The translations under genes were made by a program, and so were the position numbers. The notes under the pieces were generated by a model, which worked only from the letters and a program-made list of their open reading frames with translations, made no database searches and was not told where the DNA came from. Source: an uncultured virus (IMG/VR IMGVR_UViG_3300031758_000011) (lineage: Duplodnaviria > Heunggongvirae > Uroviricota > Caudoviricetes). Taken from it: 64,000 nt of DNA. Shown in pieces: positions 57,306-64,000 of the stretch (position 1 is its first letter; each line of letters starts with the position of its first letter). The stretch covers positions 62,001 through 126,000 of IMG/VR virus record IMGVR_UViG_3300031758_000011, one strand, 5' to 3'.

Positions 57306-57388
57306 AATGCTGGTTTATCGTTTTTTAATAAATATCTATAAAATTTGGAAAAGTTAAAAAAATGTCGTACATTTGTAAAAAATAAAAA

Positions 57389-57649
57389 ATGGAAAAGTTA
57401 GTTTTTGATTATACATATTGTTCCGAACCAGAGTGTTGGGAGTGGAATATACCATTTGAATATGAATCTAAAGAGAAATTCATACTTGATGTTTTAGAGA
57501 ATCCTATGATTTTAGATGAACTAGGTATAACATCCGTATATGTATGGCAAATAGTGGAAAAAACTATATTTGAAGAAGATTACGTCAAAAATGTAGATGA
57601 ATACGTATTCACTTTAGATGAATGGTTTGAAAAAAATAAAAAAATATAA
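57389..57649 (+). CDS. Hypothetical protein between the ligase fragments
   Basis: ORF with its own TACATTTG promoter. Confidence 0.6.
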   Translation: MEKLVFDYTYCSEPECWEWNIPFEYESKEKFILDVLENPMILDELGITSVYVWQIVEKTIFEEDYVKNVDEYVFTLDEWFEKNKKI

Positions 57650-57657
57650 ACATAAAA

Positions 57658-58494
57658 ATGGAAAAGAAAATAAAAAATATTAGAGAAATTAAAACATCTG
57701 ATAACGCTGGATTTGCATTTTTTGTGCATTCACATAAAGAAATTTTTGAAGCTATGATTAATGCTGTGTTGTTAAACAATGGTTTAGACGGTGATAAAAA
57801 TACTGTAACAATCTACGGTGAATGGGCTGGTGGTAATATTCAAAAAGGTGTTGGTGTTTGCAATTTACCTAAATCTTTCTTTATCTTTGGTGTTAAAATC
57901 ACACCACATACTGAAACTGAAGAAGAGTTAAAAGCTAATCCAGCATATTGGGTTGATTACTCTTATTTAAGAGCACCAGAGCAGAATATTTACAATATTG
58001 ACGATTACCCTACATATTCAATCGATATTGATTTTAACATGCCACAATTGGTACAAAATCAGTTGTCTGAGTTGACTATCAAAGTTGAAGAAGAATGTCC
58101 AGTAGCAAAAGCTTTTGGTTACTCTGGAATTGGTGAAGGTATTGTATGGACTGCTGATTTTAAAGGTGTTGTTCATCGTTTCAAGGTAAAGGGCGAACGC
58201 CACTCTAGTTCTAAAGTAAAAACACTTGCAGCTGTTGATGTTGAGAAATTAAATTCTATTAAAGAATTTGTTGATTATGCAGTATCTGAAAGTCGTTTTA
58301 ACCAAGCGTTAGAAAACATTTTCCCAAACAACGAACCTATTGATGTTAAGAAAATGGGTGACGTTATCAGATGGGTTGTTAATGACGTTATCAAAGAAGA
58401 AATGGATACAATGGTAGAGAACCAATTGGAACCAAAAGAAATAAATAAATACATTTCATCTAAAGTAAGAGAAATGTTCTTTAAAATGGCTTAA
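57658..58494 (+). CDS. RNA ligase 2 family, C-terminal fragment
   Basis: DNAGF, YGEWAG..IQKGV, FIF, GEGIVW, FKVKG motifs III-V. Confidence 0.85.
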   Translation: MEKKIKNIREIKTSDNAGFAFFVHSHKEIFEAMINAVLLNNGLDGDKNTVTIYGEWAGGNIQKGVGVCNLPKSFFIFGVKITPHTETEEELKANPAYWVDYSYLRAPEQNIYNIDDYPTYSIDIDFNMPQLVQNQLSELTIKVEEECPVAKAFGYSGIGEGIVWTADFKGVVHRFKVKGERHSSSKVKTLAAVDVEKLNSIKEFVDYAVSESRFNQALENIFPNNEPIDVKKMGDVIRWVVNDVIKEEMDTMVENQLEPKEINKYISSKVREMFFKMA

Positions 58495-58495
58495 T

Positions 58496-58696
58496 ATGAA
58501 CGGAACTGTTTATAGATTAAAACAAGATGTAACTGTCGCTAAAGGTATGGACCTTAAAGCTGGACAAGAATTAGAAGTGGTAATGGGAGTTGTCTACATG
58601 GGTGGTTTCCCATTACCCTTCGAAATGCAACAATTATTTGTTAAATTCATTGATAACAACAAAAATTTGTTTGTAGATGATACTAGAACGTGGTAA
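58496..58696 (+). CDS. Hypothetical protein
   Basis: ORF track. Confidence 0.6.
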   Translation: MNGTVYRLKQDVTVAKGMDLKAGQELEVVMGVVYMGGFPLPFEMQQLFVKFIDNNKNLFVDDTRTW

Positions 58697-59168
58697 AAAG
58701 AAATGTGATTGTGGTAATGTAGCTGTATGGTTATACATGCCAGGTTATGCCAATAATGATAACCCATATATCTGTGATGATTGTATTGGTACACCAGATG
58801 ATATTGGTTGTTCATGCAACTGGCATTATGGTTTACCACAAGAAGGATTACCAACAGATGAACCAGAAGGTATTGAAAGTAAAGATTGGCGATGGGTTGA
58901 ATACGAAGGTGATGAATATACTGATAAAATAACCAAAGAAGAAGATGGTTATTGGCAGTATATTGATGAACGTGGTAGACCATATCCATGTAATGAGTAT
59001 GAATATGATGAAGATGGTTTCACAGATTACACATGGTTGGGTGAAAAAGTTGCTAATTTAGATATGCGATTCTATTTTTTTAAAGAAAGAATAAAACGTA
59101 AGTTTAAAAATTGGTGGAAAAGAAATATTGCTGATTATATACCAAAACATTTGGAAGATAATTTTTAA
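58677..59168 (+). CDS. Cys-rich hypothetical protein
   Basis: CDCG, CDDC, GCSC, PC. Confidence 0.65.
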   Translation: MILERGKKKCDCGNVAVWLYMPGYANNDNPYICDDCIGTPDDIGCSCNWHYGLPQEGLPTDEPEGIESKDWRWVEYEGDEYTDKITKEEDGYWQYIDERGRPYPCNEYEYDEDGFTDYTWLGEKVANLDMRFYFFKERIKRKFKNWWKRNIADYIPKHLEDNF

Positions 59169-59197
59169 ATTAGTAAATTTGTATAAAATATTGAAGT

Positions 59198-60505
59198 ATG
59201 ATAGTAAAAGAGAACGGTTTAAGATACGCAAAACTGATACATGTATCAGTTGATAATGGTTTGACCAGCCAAAGTAATAAAGTTTATATTATGGAAGAAT
59301 TATCAGATGGCCGTATCAAATGTGAATATGGTCGTGTTGGCAAGTCTTTAACAACTGAATATAAACCTAGTTCAAAATGGGATAGTGTGTTGAAACAAAA
59401 ACTATCAAAAACAAAAGGTTATACAGATGTAACTGATTTGTTGGCTGAACCAGTTGTGGATGAATCAAAACCAGTTGATAATAAAGTTGCAAATATCAAA
59501 GATGAGATTGTGCGTAAATTGGTTGATGAATTGATGTCATTTGCCAACAAATCAATCCAACGTAACTATAAGGTAACGCAAGAAGCTGTATCGGAACAAC
59601 AAGTTACCGCTGCACAAGAGATTATCACTAACATTAGTGGATTGATTGCTATTGGTGTAGATATCAAACATATCAATGATATGTTATTGAAACTTTATAC
59701 AATTATCCCTAGAAGAATGGATAACGTAAAAGACCATTTGTTTAGAGAGATTAGTAATGATGTTAGTTTGACTAACGCACAAAGATTGATTGATAACGAA
59801 CAATCAGCGTTGGATACAATGGCTGGTCAAGTTGAGTTGATTAAACAACAAAGAGAAGCTGCTAAGAAAGCTGCTGAGGCTGAAGCTGAAGGTAAAAAAG
59901 AAGAAGTATCTGAAGTTACTATCTTAGACCAAATGGGATTATCTATTGAGGTTGAAAATGATACTGAAACGCTTGAACTTATCAAAAAATTGATGGGTCC
60001 AAATGTGAATCAAATGAAACGTGTGTTCAAGGTTGTTAACAACAAAACACAAAAAATATTTGATAAACACATGGATAAAGTTGAAGTTAAGAAACGTAGA
60101 CTATACTGGCATGGGTCAAGAAATGAGAACTGGTTTAACATTTTACAAACTGGGTTACTTATCAGACCATCTGGTGCGGTACATACTGGGTCAATGTTTG
60201 GTGATGGTATCTACTTTGCTGACAAAGCACAAAAATCTATTGGTTACACATCGTTAAGAGGTTCTTATTGGGCTCATGGTGGTGATAACAAAGCGTTTTT
60301 GGCATTGTTTGATGTGCATTTGGGTAAACAAAAAGAAATATTGCACCATGACTCAAGCTGTTATAAGTTATCTAAGAAAGTGTTAGATAATGAAGGATTT
60401 GATAGTGTGTTTGCAAAAGGTGGCGCTGACCTAAGAAATAACGAATATATAGTATATAACTCAGCACAATGTACTGTATCACATTTAATTGAAATAGGAA
60501 ATTAA
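59198..60505 (+). CDS. PARP-like ADP-ribosyltransferase (WGR + regulatory + catalytic domains)
   Basis: YGRVG (WGR), YTIIP, LYWHGS, GSMFGDGIYFA, KSIGY, NEYIVY (H-Y-E triad). Confidence 0.92.
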   Translation: MIVKENGLRYAKLIHVSVDNGLTSQSNKVYIMEELSDGRIKCEYGRVGKSLTTEYKPSSKWDSVLKQKLSKTKGYTDVTDLLAEPVVDESKPVDNKVANIKDEIVRKLVDELMSFANKSIQRNYKVTQEAVSEQQVTAAQEIITNISGLIAIGVDIKHINDMLLKLYTIIPRRMDNVKDHLFREISNDVSLTNAQRLIDNEQSALDTMAGQVELIKQQREAAKKAAEAEAEGKKEEVSEVTILDQMGLSIEVENDTETLELIKKLMGPNVNQMKRVFKVVNNKTQKIFDKHMDKVEVKKRRLYWHGSRNENWFNILQTGLLIRPSGAVHTGSMFGDGIYFADKAQKSIGYTSLRGSYWAHGGDNKAFLALFDVHLGKQKEILHHDSSCYKLSKKVLDNEGFDSVFAKGGADLRNNEYIVYNSAQCTVSHLIEIGN

Positions 60506-61218
60506 TGGAAAAGATATTAAAAACTGGATATGAATGGTGTTTAGATGCAAATGTTAGAATATTAGACATTTCATCATGGGACACATCTATGGCATTTTAC
60601 GAAGAATCGTATTATGAAGAAAAAATTGATGTGCAAGAGTTTTACAGACGTTTAGGGTTATGTAAAGTTAAAGCTGATTCAACACCACGTAAGAGTGAAA
60701 TGTACTTAGAACGTAGAATGTATGGGTTGGTTCCGTATAACATGTCCCCGATTCAACAAGGAATCCAATTTGGTCACGCTGTCGTTGATTATGGTAGAAC
60801 TGTTGAAGGGTTAAAACCACATCAACAAATATATAACAAATGGGCTGATAAAGATAAAACATTTATTATTCTTAACGGTGGTACAACAAACAACAACCCA
60901 GAAAGATTGGGAACTTTGAATAGACACATGCAAACTATGCGTGAAGCTGGTGTGTTGTTGCAAGAGTTTCATGAACCAGATTTGGGTGACCAATTAACAG
61001 CGTTTGTTTTCTTAGTTGATGAAAGGGTGTTTAACAGAACGTTATATCCAGACTTTGTACCAGAAACGTTACCATGGAGTAGACACAAGCCATCAGAGAA
61101 AGCTTTATCTCAATTGGAAGAGAAAAATGCTAAGAATTATAAACAATGGGAAGAAAAAATTGGTGGACCAGTTAATGCGTTCCTAAGAGAATATTTAAGA
61201 CCATTGAAATTAGCTTAA
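60505..61218 (+). CDS. Second Pth2-like protein with N-terminal extension
   Basis: RMYGLV...S.IQQGIQFGHA, TFIILNGG, FHEPDL..QLTA. Confidence 0.65.
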   Translation: MEKILKTGYEWCLDANVRILDISSWDTSMAFYEESYYEEKIDVQEFYRRLGLCKVKADSTPRKSEMYLERRMYGLVPYNMSPIQQGIQFGHAVVDYGRTVEGLKPHQQIYNKWADKDKTFIILNGGTTNNNPERLGTLNRHMQTMREAGVLLQEFHEPDLGDQLTAFVFLVDERVFNRTLYPDFVPETLPWSRHKPSEKALSQLEEKNAKNYKQWEEKIGGPVNAFLREYLRPLKLA

Positions 61219-61230
61219 TTTTTAAAGTAT

Positions 61231-61710
61231 ATGATAAAAGTAGTAGAAAAAAAGAAAAAGAAGAAAAAACAAAATCCATGTTATTTATTGGAGTTTAGTT
61301 ACATGATTGGTGATGGTAGAGGTCACACTGAAGAAGAAATGACGGCATCAATAGAAGATGCAGATATTGTTGAGCGTTTTGTAACATTAATAAACAAACT
61401 TACACCAACAAAAGGTCACTGGGGTGTTATGTTAGAAGATGATAGAATTTATAAACATTTTGAAGAAGGACAAATCACTGAAGATGATTATAAATTTTTA
61501 ACTACGGTTATGTTTGATGACTATTATGATGAAGACGATGAAGAAGAAAATGATAACACTGAAGAAGAAAACGAGTATAAAAAATATAGTGGTTATTTTT
61601 CTGAATGTGTAATGTCTGTTACTGAATATTCGTTCTTGGTTTTTGAAGGTGTTGATTTATACTATTATGATGAGTATGGTATAAAACATGAAACAGAGAT
61701 TATTAACTAA
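61231..61710 (+). CDS. Hypothetical protein
   Basis: ORF track. Confidence 0.6.
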   Translation: MIKVVEKKKKKKKQNPCYLLEFSYMIGDGRGHTEEEMTASIEDADIVERFVTLINKLTPTKGHWGVMLEDDRIYKHFEEGQITEDDYKFLTTVMFDDYYDEDDEEENDNTEEENEYKKYSGYFSECVMSVTEYSFLVFEGVDLYYYDEYGIKHETEIIN

Positions 61711-61750
61711 AAACTATTGATTTTTCTCAAAATCTTCTTTATAATTAAAC

Positions 61751-62323
61751 ATGGAAGATTTTGAGAAAGAACAAGAAATTACTAGGTATTTAGATAAATA
61801 TTATCACGTAAAAGAAGGTGTCTTTATAATCAAATATGATGACACTCAAGAATGGGGTTTTAATTTATTACAATATCTAGTTAAAATATTTAACCATGAA
61901 GTAGACTTTACTCAAGAAGTAATCAAAAAATGGTATTTTTCAAAAGGTTATGATGAAAACGCATATAAGCTATCACTTGGAACTAAAAGGATAAATGCTG
62001 TATGGTCAGAAGAAAGAATAACTGATTTACAACGATATGGTATCATGGATGCCGAAGCTGAACTTATCAAATTATTAAGTGATGAGATAGCTAAAGAGAT
62101 TGATGCACAAATACTTAAAGATTTAAGAGGTCAAATTAAAAAGAAAGATGAATTTTTTGAGTTATTGGAATGTGTTGGTTTGGAACCAACACAAACAATC
62201 TATAATCCAATGAATTTTTCACCACAAAAAGGATTTATAACCACAAGTTATGAACGAAGAGAAAATGCAAGGAAGAATAACATTATCTGGAACTATTGGG
62301 TTCGAGCCAGAGGACCGAACTAA
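61751..62323 (+). CDS. Hypothetical protein containing a T4 gp23-like capsid segment
   Basis: R.INA.WS.E...DL....DAEAEL...LS.EIA.EID..IL. Confidence 0.55.
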   Translation: MEDFEKEQEITRYLDKYYHVKEGVFIIKYDDTQEWGFNLLQYLVKIFNHEVDFTQEVIKKWYFSKGYDENAYKLSLGTKRINAVWSEERITDLQRYGIMDAEAELIKLLSDEIAKEIDAQILKDLRGQIKKKDEFFELLECVGLEPTQTIYNPMNFSPQKGFITTSYERRENARKNNIIWNYWVRARGPN

Positions 62324-62792
62324 GAAACATTCTAACCAATCTTCTTGGAAGAAGATTGCTATGGTATTTTTTGATGGTGACGTTGCTGAATATTATGCAT
62401 GGTTCATCAAGAAAAGATACAATCTTATATTAAACAAACCGCTACGTGGTGCTCACATTTCATTTATCAACGATAGTATGAAAGATTTATCACAAAACGG
62501 TGTGTTGTCAGCAGAAGAAGTTGAAGCTAAATGGGAAGAAGTTAAGAAAAAATGGGATGGTAAAAAAATTGATATAGTCTTAGACTTAGACCCTAGAACC
62601 AACTCAGAACATTGGTGGTTAAACATTCCACATGAAGAAAGAGAACAACTCCAATCAATTAGAGATGAATTAGGTTTGGGTAGACCATATTTCGGAATGC
62701 ACATGTCAATTGGGTATGCAAATGAGAAAAACATTCACCATTCATCATATATTCACGATTTAATTAAAAAAGGTTTCATAAAATTTGCATAA
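62265..62792 (+). CDS. 2H phosphoesterase family protein
   Basis: Two HxS motifs (AHISF, MHMSI); start refined. Confidence 0.7.
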   Translation: MQGRITLSGTIGFEPEDRTKKHSNQSSWKKIAMVFFDGDVAEYYAWFIKKRYNLILNKPLRGAHISFINDSMKDLSQNGVLSAEEVEAKWEEVKKKWDGKKIDIVLDLDPRTNSEHWWLNIPHEEREQLQSIRDELGLGRPYFGMHMSIGYANEKNIHHSSYIHDLIKKGFIKFA

Positions 62793-62839
62793 GTCAAAAA
62801 TGATTTATACATTTGTATTATAAATTTAAAAATTAAATA

Positions 62840-63736
62840 ATGAGTAGTTCAAATTCAACAAAAGCGGTGATGGTTGCTTTAACTGGTAACGGTTTAATTA
62901 CTATCTTAAAATTTATTGCAGCGTTTTTCACTAAAAGTGCGTCAATGATGGCTGAAGCTATCCACTCTAGTGCAGATTGTTTAAACCAAATATTTTTATT
63001 GATTGGTAATAAAAGAACCAAAAAAGAAAACGATGAGTTACACCCGTTTGGTTATGGTCGTGAAGAGTATTTTTGGGGGTTTATGGTTGCAATATTATTG
63101 TTTTTTGGTGGTGCTGCATATTCATTTTATGAAGGGATTCATAAAATTGGTAATCCAGAACCAGTACAACATGTTACATGGGCGTTAGCTGTATTAGGTA
63201 TATCATTAATAATTGAAGCTAAATCTTTTTATGTTGCATTAAAAGAATTGCGTAAAACATCCAAAGCGTCATTTTTTAAAGCAATAAAGAAATCAGTTGA
63301 TATTAACTTAATAGTGATACTATTGGAAGATGCAGCGGCATTGATTGGTTTAGCAATAGCGTTTATTTGTACGTGTTTAGCTATTTGGTTACCAATATTT
63401 GATGGTATAGGTAGTATAATGGTAGGTATGACGTTGTGTTATGTTTCATACTCGTTAGTGAATGAATTACGTAAGTTGATTATTGGTGAAAGTATGCCTA
63501 GAAAAGATAGAGTGCGTATCAAAGAAATAATTAGCGATTTTGAGTTGGTAACACATGTAAATAGAATAAAAACAATGACGATGGGTAAAAATAACTATTT
63601 GTTATTGATATCAATAAATGGTGATGACTTTATGAAAGTATATAACGTTGAAGACACTGTTGAAGAAATGAAACGTGATATAATGAAAGAGTTTAAACAA
63701 ATTAGTGAAATATATATCGAAATAAGTGAAAATTAA
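62840..63736 (+). CDS. Cation diffusion facilitator transporter
   Basis: S.SMMAEAIHSSAD, HPFGYGRE, EDAAA, 6 TM plus C-terminal domain. Confidence 0.93.
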   Translation: MSSSNSTKAVMVALTGNGLITILKFIAAFFTKSASMMAEAIHSSADCLNQIFLLIGNKRTKKENDELHPFGYGREEYFWGFMVAILLFFGGAAYSFYEGIHKIGNPEPVQHVTWALAVLGISLIIEAKSFYVALKELRKTSKASFFKAIKKSVDINLIVILLEDAAALIGLAIAFICTCLAIWLPIFDGIGSIMVGMTLCYVSYSLVNELRKLIIGESMPRKDRVRIKEIISDFELVTHVNRIKTMTMGKNNYLLLISINGDDFMKVYNVEDTVEEMKRDIMKEFKQISEIYIEISEN

Positions 63737-63737
63737 T

Positions 63738-64000
63738 ATGGAAGATAAAGTAAAAGAAATTATTGATTTTGATGATTACAAATCAACAATGTTTGATAAA
63801 ATAAGATGGTGGTTACAAGACCTTAGATATTACCCACGTAACTTTGTGATTAGCGTTAAAAATTTGATATCGTGGTTTCCAATTATATGGAAAGACAGAG
63901 ATTGGGACGACCATTATATCTTTGAGGTTTTAAAATTTAAAATCAAAAGACAAGCAAAATATATTGCTGAAAGAGATTTCCATACTAGTGCAAAACGTGA
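63738..64000 (+). CDS. Hypothetical protein, 3'-truncated by the window edge
   Basis: ATG at 63738, frame open to the end (WFPIIWKDRDWD). Confidence 0.6.
   Translation, partial: MEDKVKEIIDFDDYKSTMFDKIRWWLQDLRYYPRNFVISVKNLISWFPIIWKDRDWDDHYIFEVLKFKIKRQAKYIAERDFHTSAKR

Noticed and set aside
56360..57700. Canonical split intein in the RNA ligase
   Set aside because: No junction Cys/Ser start, no TxxH, no His-Asn end; reported instead as intein-like tails
1..64000. Genome-wide TAG reassignment (genetic code 15 type)
   Set aside because: Long genes are intact in the standard code and several end at TAG right before the next gene; in-frame TAGs were seen only at 41266 and 41628
1..64000. Eukaryotic giant virus or bacterial chromosome origin (PARP, DnaJ, ClpP, two-component genes)
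   Set aside because: Sigma-70, tmRNA, Bacteroidota promoters, lysozyme, T4-like replication and structural genes, and homing endonucleases indicate a bacteriophage

Overview
AT-rich, densely coding 64-kb segment of a large tailed bacteriophage (jumbo/huge-phage type). The host is very probably a Bacteroidota species: the TAnnTTTG -7 promoter box recurs, Shine-Dalgarno sites are absent, and several genes are Bacteroidota-like. Order of content: two virion/baseplate-like genes; a replication/recombination block (RuvC-like, primase, PD-(D/E)xK nuclease, SbcD/SbcC); a sigma-70 factor; late genes behind a TATTTAT motif; a lysozyme hit twice by GIY-YIG homing endonucleases; a histidine kinase/response regulator pair; then a large translation-protection and RNA-repair region (DUF2828/TROVE-like protein, DnaJ, ClpP, tmRNA, about 14 tRNA or tRNA-like genes, two Pth2-like proteins, CCA enzyme, kinase-2H phosphodiesterase, Rnl1, split Rnl2); and DNA ligase, a PARP-like protein and a CDF transporter. 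Most striking unannotated signals: (1) a leader-peptide transcription attenuator whose codons match the anticodons of the tRNA operon behind it; (2) an amber-suppressor tRNA directly upstream of a Pth2-like gene and a RAPP mini-ORF, both with TAG as codon 3; (3) a five-copy family of stem-closed 'TTC(A/T)GCAA' ncRNA elements, one directly behind the TROVE-like gene; (4) an RNA ligase split around a homing endonuclease, each half carrying a partial intein-like tail. All calls come from reading the sequence; no searches were run.
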